Positions 1 to 11,725 of a stretch of 64,000 nt of DNA are shown piece by piece. Position 1 is the first letter of the stretch, and each line of letters begins with the position of its first letter. Under the pieces are notes generated by a model, which had not been told where the DNA came from, did no database searches, and saw nothing but the letters and a program-made list of their open reading frames with translations. A program made the translations under genes and the position numbers. Source of the stretch: Macrostomum lignano (lineage: Eukaryota); assembly GCA_002269645.1 (NCBI GenBank), contig NIVC01001046.1, positions 1 through 64,000 on the forward strand, read 5' to 3'.

Positions 1-952
1 AATACAATACATATATATAACATAGATAGGCCTATGATATAACACTTCGTTAAAAGTTTAGCTTTCTAAAAATTCACAACATTTTGGACCGAAACTCTTT
101 TGTCTTCAGAGCTGATGCATCGCCGATGATAGCTAAGCCGCTAAGCGGAGCTCGGTCGGTTCCATTCCTAATTTCCTATAGCTACAATCGATGTACGAGC
201 TACGTGGTTTTAAATTTTCGAAGTTGTTTAAATTAATGAAAGTAAGATTCCATGTGATAAAACAAAATTTATATCAATACAAAGCATTTTAATTGACAAA
301 ACAATAAATCAAAAACTATTTAGTGGCAAGTGCATGTGTTAAAACGGTAATAAATTAAACCATGAAATAATATAGAATACAATAGGTGATATCATGATAT
401 CATGAGTGTTGCATAAAAAAGCTATAAAATAATCAGAAATGGTTTACAAAATCCAAGGAATATGCAACCTGGGTCCCCTATTATTCCACTTTTAGCTAGG
501 CCTATGGCATTAGATAGTCTAGCTCACGATAGTGAACTATTTTTAATAAAATTTATAGCATATTAACTATAAAATAAGCCTACTTATAAATTTTTCTTCT
601 TTAAAGTAAAAAAAATGAAAAAGGTTGTCCAAGTCAATATTTATATTGTCTTAAAATTGTTAGGCCTAGCTTAGCATATAAATTATGCTTTGATATAGAA
701 CTATAAGGTTATAATTTTTGTGCAAAATAAATTTAAATCTTATATTAGATATAGTAGAAATGGAGGGCAAGTGGGACTATATCTTTATCTTTGCAAGTTT
801 TAAGCACAATGTATTATTCATACTTATACTAGGCACTATATAATATAATTATAAGAAGCTATAAGAGTACTTTGCTATTTTCACTTTGCCTTGTTTATTA
901 TTACATCATTTAATTTCAAATTAAAACTAATAACATTCATGAGTCTACTACA

Positions 953-2438
953 ATGTCTGCCAGTTCTAATATTATTAATATTAATGAACCTATTAAGCCT
1001 CAGCTACCACTGCATCTATTTGTCTATGGCACTCTGAAATTTGGCCAACCAAATCAACATGTGCTGCTTGGTGCAGGCGGTGAAGGTGGCGCTGTATATG
1101 TATCTGGCGGCCGCACCTTGGAGTCCTATCCCCTAGTGATCAGCAGCAGCGCCAATATTCCATTCCTATTAAATCGGCCTGGCTTGGGACATAGAATATT
1201 TGGTCACATTGTCTGCGTGAGAACTTTGGCCGCCCTATCAACTCTGGACGAATTCGAGGCCTGCCCGGAGCTCTACCAGCGGCTGTCTGTTCCAGTGGAA
1301 GCTCTGCCGGCACCCGAGTCTGATTGGGCCGTCAAACATGCGGGGTGTTCCCTGCCAGTGCAGCAGCCGGGCCAGACTGTTTTCTGTCAGGTTAGCTCGA
1401 AATTAGATGAGCAAACATGTTGCTCTACTAATATTTTCACGTCTTGTCAGTAGCAATGCTGGACTTTTATTTTCGTAGCTGACCGAGCTAACATGCAGTT
1501 AAGAAAATAGTAAACTTTTTTAAACCTCTACTTTTGCCGTTTTGTGTCTACCCCTCACTTCCGCCCCTCTAAACACCCGCCCCTCTCACCCAGCCCTCTT
1601 CCACCCCCTACATCTGCCCCTCTACACTCAGCCCTCTTCCGCCCCTTTACATCCACCCTTCTATACACCCGCCCATCTACAGCCGGCCCTCTTCCGCCCC
1701 TTTACATCCGCCCTTCTATACACCCGCCCATCTACACCCAGCCCTCTTCCGCCCGTCAACATCTGCCCATCCACTTCCGCCCCTCTACTTCCGCCCCTCT
1801 ACATCCGCCCCTAAACACCCGCCCCTCTCACCCAGCCCTCTTCCACCCCCTAAATCTGCCCATCTACACCCAGCCCCTTCCGCCCCTTTATATCCGCCCC
1901 TCTACATCCGCCCATCTACTTCCGCCCCAGCTCTACTTCCGCCCCTCTACTTCCGCCCCTCTACATACGCCCCTCTATACACGCACCCCTCTAAACCAAA
2001 CCCTCTTCCGCCCCTCTACATCTGCCCCTCCATATCCGCCCCTCTACATCCGACCTATATCAGCCTCTAGATCCGCTTCGTTCGCGCCCACTTTCTTTTG
2101 CATCCATGCACCGCCTCTAATTCTCTCTATAATTAAATGACTATATAAAAAACTTGTGCTGTCAGCAACAAGACAGGTGTTAGGGATAGATAAGTACACC
2201 TTATCCTGCAATATGCTGTCCCGAACTTGCTAATATAAGTATATCTCAATAATTTTCTTCATCTGATAATCAGATTTACGTCTACAGCGGACCAGACGAA
2301 AAACTGTTGAGACTGCCTCACTTGGCCGACTATCGATCTGACGGGGACCACGGGCGGCCCTACCTGGCTGAGGTGGACGATGTCGCTTCACCGGAGCAGC
2401 TGGAGGAACATGAAAAAATTGACGCTGCATGTAGCTAG
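953..2438 (+). CDS. GGACT: Gamma-glutamylaminecyclotransferase (AIG2-like/GGCT fold); exons 953-1390 and 2274-2438, 200 aa
   Basis: Exon 1 has LFVYGTLKxGQPN, GRTLESYPLVI, NIPFLL and LDEFEACPELYQR, all matching human GGACT. Phase-0 donor CAG|GTTAGC at 1391 and acceptor AATCAG| at 2273. Exon 2 reads IYVYSGPDEKLLRLPHLADYRSDGDHGRPYL...S*, matching the GGACT C-terminus. Exon 2 is absent from the ORF track. Confidence 0.93.
1545..2060. repeat. Degenerate C-rich minisatellite (core CCGCCCCTCTAC) in the GGACT intron
   Basis: Repeated ccgcccctct(a/t) units; source of the Pro-rich spurious ORFs 1542-2140. Confidence 0.9.
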
Positions 2439-2749
2439 AGGTCAAATTGCTCTGCAATGCCCGATTCTGCTAGGACAATTTTAAAAAGGACTACCACTAT
2501 TAAGAGGACATGAGCACTTGGAAATTGTGGACGATTAATGCTTCAGAAGGCGTTACAGAGACAACAACTTTTCCGATTTTTTACAATAATTCAGCAGTTC
2601 CTTATCGTCTGGTCTGAGCTTCCCAATGCGTAGTTGCTTGTTGTTTTAGTTTGCAGGTGGCTGTAGGTACCGCAATTTCAAACATTAACAATTAAAATTC
2701 GCTAATGGAGAAGAAAAACTACAACTAAGAAATGTATTGAAGAGATGGG

Positions 2750-4330
2750 AGAGCTGAAATTTTTCTTGGATTTAGCTTTTCTGTGAAGGCTTCGGTAGTG
2801 GTGTTTTGTCAATAATCAAAATCGATAAACTTGTTTGTGAAAGCACCTCGGATCGAACGCATGATAGTATCAGTGCAGAAAAATTCCAAATTTTAGTCTC
2901 ATGTCTAGTATTGCTCATCAAGTCTTGCGGTTACTGCATGCATGGGTCATCTGTACCTATATAGTTATGTCCAAATTTTTCGACTTTCGGATTTCCGTCA
3001 CGTGCCTACTTTAAAAGATGCGATTTTTTTGTGTCCATTTCTTTTATGCGAGGCTTTTTTTACATCCGGGATGTTGTCGGTGGAACATTTCTTTGCTAAT
3101 CGGGACGCATGTTTTTCTAGTCGTTATGAAATTATTTCCACCATTTTAAGCATGATTATTCATAATTGCCAACATAGTTGCAGCTGCGTCTGCCTGCAAT
3201 TTAGAGGGCTGCTGCTTGCAAAATTTAGCCATTCAAATTGCCTACCAATTATTAATAATCACCTTATGTGCGCACCTGCCGACTTTCACTATACAGATAA
3301 AAAATATTTCCTTATATTTTCGTAGAACAGGCTTTTGAAGCCGGAACCCAAGCCTCACCTGTGCAGCGGACGGCTGGTCCGCAGCAGTTTTGCCAAAACC
3401 TTGCAATTGCAGTTCCGACAGTTTAAAAACTTCAATGTCTGAGGATTCGATAATTTCAGCAGGTTTTTCCTAACCATTTATCCACAATAGCCTCATCGAG
3501 TTTTACACAGAGCGAACTACAATATTTTCAAAATTGCATGGCTGTAGATAAAAACCAGTGTAAAATATTGTGCTCGCACTTCTGAAAACCTTGTGAGTTT
3601 CTGCAGAAACATTCGTGAGTTGCTTGTGATCTTCGTGCGGGAGCGATGGCTGCAGGTTTCTTTTTATATGATCTTGGTGAGACCATCGCGGTTGGAAGTC
3701 CTTGCGAGATCTTTGTGAGCTTTGATGGGAGCCTTCCTTAGGTTCTTGTTAGGGCTTTGGGAGTTGGTGGTGTGACCAAATAAAATCACCCTCCGTGCAG
3801 AAATCTTGAGCTTATGGGAATACGAGTAAGTGCATGAAGAAGTTTTCTGGAACTTGCAAACAACCATGCACAGGTGTTCTTAGATTTTCAAGCCTCACAA
3901 GCCAGACAAATTAAATCTGCCGCGTGACTTCGGAGGCCCCTAATTGTTATCAAGGAGGCGGACAGACTCGATAATTTTTTACCCTTCAAATATGCAAAAA
4001 CAGCGCTTTGACCAGAAAGATGTTTAGATGGTCTAATCCGACTAAAAGCCATTTTTTCAAAAAAAGCAGACTAAAAAGACCCAGACGGCTCTTTGAGACC
4101 CAGTGCAGCTGTGGACTGGCCTAGGTTTGAGGAGACTTGTCGATAATTTTGTGAGCAGACTCTCGGTGTGTGGGCTGGCTTTCGAAGAAAATCTATTCGG
4201 GCTCGGATTAAAAGCAGCCTGAATTCAACAGGTTTTCTGGCGCGTTTCCAAGCGGATAGACAGACGCCGAAAGGGACAGCTGGACTTGTTCCTATATCCT
4301 GTCCGCTGCCAGATAGAAATGACGCACGAA
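2750..4330 (+). mobile_element. Possible heavily decayed hAT (ZNF862-like) transposase remnant
   Basis: Stop-riddled fragments such as FLGFSFSVKASVV, EKIPNFSLMSSIAHQ and (K)YAKTAL*PERCLDGLIRLK resemble the hAT catalytic and C-terminal dimerisation segments. No intact ORF or TIR found; boundaries approximate. Confidence 0.3.
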
Positions 4331-5025
4331 CTTAAATTATTCTAGATGCAGTCGTATTAGGAATCGTTGCATTCAACTCAGTCAAAGCTTTTTCAAAAAT
4401 TGGAACTTCACTTAATTAAGTGTCCATTAATGCTTCAAGCTAATTATACATTATTCGCTGGGTTTTTTTTAACAATAGAGACTCATCTCACCTGAGCTTC
4501 TAAATCGAAAGTAGAGGTTTGAAAAATTACATTTAACCTTTTCATGCCAAGGCCAGAAAATTAGAAACTCCGTTCCGGCCGACTTGGTCAGCAGGGCTAA
4601 CCATACTCGTAGACTATTGCATGAAAATTTGACTGCTGATTTGCAAAGTCCTTGTAGCCGAGAAGGATTAACAAAACCATCTCGCTTGCACAGTGGACTG
4701 TCAGGCCAGGGTAGAAAGTGTGAATGTACATGGCCTGGACAGAAATTAAAAGCTGGCCATAGACTATAAAATTTCAGGAAACCAATTTAGACAGGCATGG
4801 CTCTCTAAACATATTCTGTACCCTTTTACATTAAGGCTGATGTTGAGAGTTGAGTGTGGATGTACATGTATAGCTTGAACAAAAGTTTAAAAGCTGGCCA
4901 TATGCTATATACTATTATCTTTAAAAACTAAAAAGCAGGCCTAGCTGTTTTAATGTTTCTGTACATTTCTATCGAGCATTAGCAGAGCAGAGTCAACTTT
5001 AAATATCTATATCTACAATTATACT

Positions 5026-6998
5026 ATGGACGATGTGCTCTTCACATCAGATTCTGACAGCGACATCGCCATCACAGACGATTCTGATCCAATGCAGTCT
5101 GCTGAAGAAGGAGACGATTTGCAGGAAAGTGGTGAAGATGTCGCTATCGATGAAGAAGGAGACGATTTGCAGGAAAGTGGTGAAGATGTCGCTATCGATG
5201 AAGAAGGAGACGATTTGCAGGAAAGTGGTGAAGATGTCGCTATCGATGAAGAAGGAGACGATTTGCAGGAAAGTGGTGAAGATGTCGCTATCGATGAAGG
5301 AGACGATTTGCAGGAAAGTGGTGAAGATGTCGCTATCGATGAAGGAGACGATTTGCAGGAAAGTGGTGAAGATGTCGCTATCGATGAAGGAGACGATTTG
5401 CAGGAAAGTGGTGAAGATGTCGCTATCGATGAAGGTGACGAGTGGCTGGAAGTAGAGCCTGGCAATGATGTTGGCGGCGGTGGAATAAACTTTGTAAGCA
5501 TTACTGGAATAAACCCGAGCATTGAGCTTCCTGACGATCCGGAAACATTGACTTCTTTCTGAGACTATTTCTGACCATGCAACCAGCTACTAAACAGCAT
5601 TGTGCAGTGGACGAACTCAAAGGCATGGTTCGAATATGAACAAACATCTCTCGACGGCGAAGAACTGCCGACAGTTCTAAAGTCATGGAAGGATACTAAC
5701 CGTGACGAGATCTCCAAGCTTCTGGGCGTGCACCTGTTAATGGAAATATCCCGAAAGCCGGAGTTACACGACTACTGGAGCACCAGTGACATTCACTGCA
5801 CACCGTTTTTCCAGTCTCCATATGCCCTCACACGTGACAGATTCATACAGCTGCTCTCGTTTCTTCGGTTTTACGAGGCACGCAAACCAGTCACGGATGA
5901 TCCGCTGCACAAAATCCGTCCACTAATTCAACTGGCTCAGCGGCTCTGCAGCAACGTTTACCAGCCAGAGCAGCAACTTAGTGTTGATGAGTCTCTCATT
6001 CTGAACAAAGGAAGGCTGCAGTTCAGACAGTATATACCATCAAAGAGAGCACGAGTTGGTATAAAATTGTACTGCGCTTGTGAATCGACTTCTGGATATT
6101 TATACAGCTTTCTGGTGCACTCGACTGCAGAAGAAAATTCCCGCTTAGGTGAAGACCTCGGCTGCGATCAACTGTCTCTGAGCGAGAGATAGTAGTTGAA
6201 CTGTGTAAGGTTCTGCTTGATTTAGACTACCACGTTTTCGTGGACAAGTGGTTCGCCTCTGCCAGACTTGCCAGTGTTCTGTACGAGCGCAGCCCACTTT
6301 TCACAGGAACTGTTCGAGCCGACCGCGGAGTGCCTTTGTCGCTCCGTGGACGCCAGGTGCCAGCAAACGACGTTGTCTTCATGAGAAAGCAGCCTCTGCT
6401 AGCCATGAAGATCTCAGAGCGGAAAGAGAGCGACTTGAAGACGATCTTCATGCTTGACACCCATGGCTCAGCTGACAAAGCCCAGGTACCGCGAATTCGC
6501 AAGAGCGGTAAAGTGGTGCTGGTGCAGAAGAGCGCATCGAATTCGCTATTCGATCGCTGCATGGGAGGTGTTGACCGACTAGACGCCATGCTGAAGCCAT
6601 ACGACAGCTGTCGAAAAACGTGTAAGTGGTTTCACAAGTTGGGATTGCACCTCTGCCAGCTTCTCGTACACAATGCGTGGGTTGTGTATTCAAAGAACGG
6701 TGGTCGCTTGCCATTCGTAAAGTTTCTGGAGCGATGCATTGTTCATTTGGTGGAATCGACTGGCCCTGGCAGGCTGAGAGCAGTGCCCAGGATGCTGACA
6801 GGTGCCGCTGCCCAGCAGGAACGCCACTTTCCATCAAGGCTTCCACCAAACGACTCCACACCTAGACCGGCAAAGCGCTGTCGCGTGTGCTACAGCAGGG
6901 GCAATGCAAAGCGCACTGTTTTCTGCTGCACCGTGTGCCCAGGCGCCCCTGGACTTTGTCCCAGCCCCTGCTTCAGGGAGTGGCATGCGAATCACTAA
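5026..6998 (+). pseudogene. piggyBac transposase (DDE_Tnp_1_7 plus C-terminal Cys-rich domain), frameshifted
   Basis: Motifs LSVDESLI, FRQYIPSKRARVGIKLYCACESTSGY, DKWFAS, MGGVDRLDAMLKPY, WFHKLGLHL and C-terminal CRVC...CCTVC...LCPSPCFREWH. 5026-5562 and 5602-6192 share a frame and are separated by a short compensating frameshift with stops; a 1-nt frameshift near 6190 leads to 6240-6998. Confidence 0.92.
5104..5430 (+). repeat. In-frame tandem repeat in the transposase N-terminus: 4x48 bp plus 3x45 bp ((E)EGDDLQESGEDVAID)
   Basis: Read directly from the DNA and the translation; copies are identical apart from the 3-bp unit length difference. Confidence 0.95.
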
Positions 6999-7814
6999 GT
7001 AACTGAAGCTACCATCATAGGATGCGTTTCGAATGTGTCTGAGTTATTGTCGGTTGCAAGCTGTTCTATATTTTCTTTACATCTCTTCTGAATTTTCACT
7101 AACACCGTTATTTATCACTATGCTGCTCTCACTTAAATTTGATAATTTTGAGCATGTGCTCATATTTGGTTCTTAATATTTTTTCTAACATAAGAAGTTA
7201 ATGCTTGCAATGCGTTTTGCTACAAAAATCATTTTTTCGCTCGTTAAAATAAACTACTCGCATTTTACATATCAGTCAGTAAGTTTACTGCATATTCCTT
7301 CGCTCATATTCACTTGTAGTAAACTCGTGGCAGGCAAACGTATGCAAGATAGACACATTTAGCCGTATTATCTACCTTGGCCAGCGTTGCTGACCATGAT
7401 CGTCAGGAAAGGCTCTGCTTCTTTGAAACTTTTCTCGCCCATAGACAGCACGAAATTTTCTCGGCAGATAGGGCTTTTAGTCTATGGTCAGCTCTGCTGA
7501 CCATCCGGCAGCTTGAAGTTAAAGAGCGACAGCGTCTAGCACAGATGATGCGGCCTGACAGCTTGAGTCACCAATCTTGAAGTTCATTCAGACCCTATGA
7601 ATAAAGCCGCGAATTCTGCCAAATTTAATAATGCCCTCAAATACGAGCCAATGCGATCTGTGTCATCGGTTGATGCTGACTCCACTGATGAACGAGACTG
7701 ATACAATTTTGAAGCGTTATTATTTAGCTAATATCTGTGTAATGGGATTTTCGTTCAGCAAAGCAGAACAGCTGCAGTTGTATTAGCGGTTTGTGGGGTC
7801 CCTGCCAGCATGCT

Positions 7815-8190
7815 TCGGTCACTGCTCCCACCAGCTCCGGTCACTGCTCCCACCAACTCCAGTCACTGCTCTCACCAGCTCCAGTCACTGCTCTCACCAG
7901 CTCCAGTCACTGCTTTCACCATCTCCGGTCACTACTCTCACCAGCTCCAGTCACTGCTCTCACCAGCTCCAGTCACTGCTTTCACCATCTCCGGTCACTG
8001 CTCTCACCATCTCCAGTCACTGCTCTCACCAGCTCCAGTCACTGCTCTCACCAGCTCCAGTCACTGCTCTCACCAGCTCCAGTCACTGCTTTCACCATCT
8101 CCGGTCACTGCTCTCACCATCTCCAGTCACTGCTCTCACCAGCTCCAGTCACTGCTTTCACCATCTCCGGTCACTGTTCCCACCAGCTCG
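7815..8190. repeat. About 22-bp minisatellite (CCAGCTCCAGTCACTGCTCTCA and variants)
   Basis: Tandem units visible; open ORFs in all three + frames. Confidence 0.9.
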
Positions 8191-8606
8191 ATCCGTTCTT
8201 CGCTACTCTATCTAGCAAAAAATTAAGAGATTCTGTGCTTGACATTCTTACTGTGCAGTGCTCGACAGTTTGTTACCAAGGCGACGGTTTAGTTTGAGAA
8301 CTGAAAATGAACAGACCCGACCAGCTCCGGTCCCCATCACGGTCCCTTCGGCGGCTCCTATCACTGTCGGGAGCTGCTCCCAGTCGCACCATCAAAGACA
8401 GACAGACACTAACAAGACAGGCAGCTAGAACATGATATTTGAGGACGAGCTTGTAAAGTTTTTCTAGCAACCTTGCATCCGTTTGCTTTGCGGGACTAAA
8501 GCACAGAACCTATCACCTGTCTTCCTAAAGCCCCATTTTCATTCACACTTTTTACTTACGAGCTTACTAGAACTGGTCGATGACTCGTCTGATGAGTCTT
8601 ATTTGA

Positions 8607-8695
8607 CCAATCAGAGTGCTTCTAGGGTAAGGCAACAGTCAGCCACCCTCGTATTTTTCTGTCGTTTTCTGTTGTCGGGAAATTTTCTATAAATA
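8607..8695 (+). promoter_or_regulatory. CCAAT box (8607-8611) and TATA box (TATAAATA 8688-8695) upstream of the secreted-protein gene
   Basis: Canonical motifs with typical spacing, about 110 bp before ATG 8804. Confidence 0.55.
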
Positions 8696-8803
8696 CGAGT
8701 AAAAATTCGGTGCCCAGCAAGGCCTCACAGACCCCGGAGATATACTCTCTCAATCTCTACTCAGCTCTGACTAGACGCGAGACTCTCAGCTCCTCAACCA
8801 AGG

Positions 8804-9368
8804 ATGTCGGCCGTATCCGCTGCACTGCTCCTGGCTGCCACCGCCCTGATGGCGGCCTCGGCCACTGCCAGCTACGAGTGCCTGAGCGGGAACAGCACCG
8901 CCAGTGCTTCTCTGCGCCAGGCCACCCTGCTTGGCCTGGCTCAGCCCATGCCCGGCTGCACCGAGTTCAGGCACTACTGCAGCTCCGTGATCCTGCTGTA
9001 CCCGCAGGCTGGCAGCACCGTCTACATGACGGTGGCCAAGCCCGGCAACTGCGAGCGAGTTAAGGCGCTGATTGTTCGGTAAGTGTGGGGGTTTGGCTCA
9101 AGGTGTGCATGGCTTCATGGGATGCTGATATTCCCCAACCAAAATTGCCGCCTGACTCTGCAGCGCCGCCGAAGACCCCGAGACCCCCAGGAAGGATCTC
9201 AGCCACTGTCTTCGCCTAGACGTGAGTCACGTGATCCACTGGCTGCACCGGGGCTACGAGTACAAGCCTCTGGCCGAATGCGTTGAGAACATCTGCACCG
9301 CTCTGACCAGCCTGCAGACCTGGCAGGTGCGCCAGCGCAGGTTCTGCCGTCACTACTTCCAGGAGTGA
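8804..9368 (+). CDS. Uncharacterised secreted cysteine-rich protein; exons 8804-9078 and 9164-9368, 159 aa
   Basis: Hydrophobic N-terminal signal peptide (MSAVSAALLLAATALMAASATA). Phase-2 intron CG|GTAAGT...CTGCAG|C joins in frame to RAAEDPETPRKDLSHCLRLDVSHVIHWLHRGYEYKPLAECVENICTALTSLQTWQVRQRRFCRHYFQE*. 8 Cys in the mature part, GC-rich third codon positions, AATAAA at about 9439. Confidence 0.85.
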
Positions 9369-10377
9369 GAGCCCGCCACGGCGGCAATGCTGGCGCAACA
9401 ATAGCTGCTGTCTCCATGGAAACAGCTATGAGCAGAGAATAAAGACTGGACTAACTCCGTTTACCCCCGCCCCCATCTTTTTGTGCGTTATTTTTCAATC
9501 CGTTGAAACTACAAGACCAACGAATTTAAAAATTAAGCATTCCCTTCTGTTGTTATTAAATGTTATCTGTTGTTTTCTAATCTTAAAGATGTTTTTTTAG
9601 ACAATTTGAACACAAACGCCTGTCTTTAAGACACACAAGAAGAATAATAAACCCCGAGTTTATTCAATGAAATATTTAACCCCCCTGTTTTTGTTGAGAC
9701 ATAGAAAAGCAAAATAAAAACTATAAAATAAAAAAATAAAATAAAAAACCGACGATGTTACGGCAAATATAAAGGTTGATGTCCCTCTCCAGCATTCAAA
9801 AATGCTTGTCTGACTTCAGGCTTTGTTTATTAATAATAAATTATCAATAAGCTAGGATGTGAGATCGAAAGATTTTTCAGATGTGTTTTTCCTCGACTCG
9901 CGGGCCGCACTGTAGTCGGAATTTGCGCGTTTGTGCCCTGCTTTACTGTCTATGGCGCAAGTCCAGTACGAAACGTGTCGGTGTGCTGGGAGTTGATGGG
10001 ATCGTAGCTCTGTCAATGGAGTCATTGCCACATGGTCGTATAGGCGTGTGCGCTGTAATCCGTCATTGGCCTGTGGAAGCTGCTCATTAGGTATATAGCC
10101 ACGCGCGCTCCAACTTTCTTGATAACCGGTGTTGGCCTGGCAACCTTGTTTCGGTGATGCGCGGCAGTGCAACGTGTGTCGCTGCTCCTTGGTTGATCCC
10201 TATTGACCCGTGACAGTTCTATTTTGTTGCTGTATCGGCCAACGGATTCAACATTCGATGCCCTAGCTGTGAATTAACTGTTAGGATTACTGCACATTAT
10301 GAATAGTTTGCTAGTACAGATATACTGGACGCGGTATCCGTTCTCGATAAGTTCGCGACCACTGTTCCACTGTCTCC

Positions 10378-10660
10378 GCAGGCTGGCAGCACCGTCTACA
10401 TGTACATGGCGCAGATTGTTCGGTAAGTAGGGGTTTGGCTGAAAGTGTGCATGGCTTAATCTTGATGAACACGGGATGCTTATATTCCCCAACCAAAATT
10501 GCCGCCTGACACTGCAAGCGACGCCGAGGACCCCGAAACCCCGGTAAGGAGCTCAGCCTCCTCAGCCTGGACGTGAGTCACGTGATCCACCGGCTGCACC
10601 GGGACTACGAGGCAGCTCTGGCCGAATGCGTTGAGAACATCTGCACCGCTCTGACCAGCG
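10378..10660 (+). pseudogene. Partial decayed duplicate of the secreted-protein gene (end of exon 1, intron, most of exon 2)
   Basis: CGCAGGCTGGCAGCACCGTCTACATG, ATTGTTCGGTAAGT, intron TATTCCCCAACCAAAATTGCCGCCTGAC and GACGTGAGTCACGTGATCCAC...GCCGAATGCGTTGAGAACATCTGCACCGCTCTGACCAGC match 9002-9311, with internal deletions and a mutated acceptor. Confidence 0.9.
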
Positions 10661-10860
10661 GTGTCTACGCCAATTTGTGACTGAGAGACAAGCCAGCCTA
10701 TGGTTGGACATCCATCCAAGCTTGCGGTATATTTCAAACGAGTTGATTAACACCGGTGCTAGATGTTAATTCCGCTGACTCCTGACTCCTGAGCACTCAG
10801 ACAGGCATTCCTACTCATGCTCTCACAGTCTGTACAGCAGCCCTGACTTTCTAATCGTCA

Positions 10861-11165
10861 GGCATGTACACTCTCTGGCTCTGTGGCATGTACACTCTCT
10901 GGCTCTGTGGCATGTACACTCTCTGGCTCTGTGGCATGTACACTCTCTGGCTCTGTGGCATGTACACTCTCTGGCTCTGTGGCATGTACACTCTCTGGCT
11001 CTGTGGCATGTACACTCTCTGGCTCTGTGGCATGTACACTCTCTGGCTCTGTGGCATGTACACTCTCTGGCTCTGTGGCATGTACACTCTCTGGCTCTGT
11101 GGCATGTACACTCTCTGGCTCTGTGGCATGTACACTCTCTGGCTCTGTGGCATGTACACTCTCTG
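10861..11165. repeat. Perfect 24-bp tandem repeat (GGCATGTACACTCTCTGGCTCTGT), about 12.7 copies
   Basis: Identical units; explains the ORFs at 10823-11302. Confidence 0.95.
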
Positions 11166-11330
11166 GGCCCCCGGGGGGGCCCCAGATTAACAGTAGAACT
11201 ACCAAGAGGGGGGATTCCCCCTCTGACATATTTTGCTGCGCCGGAACGGAGCAGCGCAGGCACACGAAATTCAAGAACACCAACTAACTTTTTGTTGCGC
11301 ACCTTCTAAAACAGAAATCAAGTCGCCAGC

Positions 11331-11725
11331 CCTCCGGAGTGTCGAAATATTCGACGATTCTGCCAGAAGGTCGGATTTTTCCCATAAGCGTCAGTGCATT
11401 CAGTACACGCCTGTGCGACAATCAGCATCGCGCCTCAGTGCAGCCTTGCCAAGCCTTCAAATTTCATCAGCACGTCGAACACATGTGTCTGCATCAGCTC
11501 TGACTTCGTTGGTAACTGGCCTTCACCCAAGCGGAGCTTCTGGACCTTCAACAGGTGGCACCAGGTGACTATGGACACGCTGTTGCAAAATTCTCTTAGT
11601 TTCGCCGATCAAGCCTCGACAGTGGGCAAGCCTCAACTGCTGCACATCCTCAGCTGGTCTCTCAAGCATTCTGTCATCACCCCGACGCCGTCGGCTTCTT
11701 CAACAGATGACACCAGGCGACTATA
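11331..11725 (+). repeat. Dispersed repeat, copy 1 (inverted copy at 14266-14625; partial direct copy at 13845-14065)
   Basis: CTCCGGAGTGTCGAAATATTCGACGATTCTGCCAGAAGGTCGG...CATCACCCCGAC matches the reverse complement of 14266-14613; internal periodicity of about 150 bp. Confidence 0.85.

Larger units (their letters stand above)
4533..7522 (+). mobile_element. piggyBac DNA transposon (PGBD4-like), about 3 kb, TTAA at both proposed ends
   Basis: TTAA at 4533-4536 followed by CCTTTTCATGCC, and TTAA at 7519-7522. Inverted subterminal motif TGGTCAGCAGGGCTAACCA (4585-4603) versus TGGTCAGCTCTGCTGACCA (7485-7503). Contains the transposase. Terminal IR match is imperfect, so the ends are tentative. 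Confidence 0.7.

Noticed and set aside
8273-8470. Short Arg/Asp/Ser-rich minus-strand ORF next to the 22-bp array
   Set aside because: No domain, no consistent exon chain, and the adjacent 22-bp unit is not a multiple of three.
8589-8612. Hammerhead-ribozyme-like CTGATGA-GTC-loop-GAC
   Set aside because: The required GAAA after stem II is CAAT, no cleavage-site stems were found, and the sequence is explained as a CCAAT box.
9852-10330. GC-balanced stretch with ORFs 9852-10172 and 9881-10090
   Set aside because: No recognisable domain in any frame; possibly a retroelement remnant, but unsupported.
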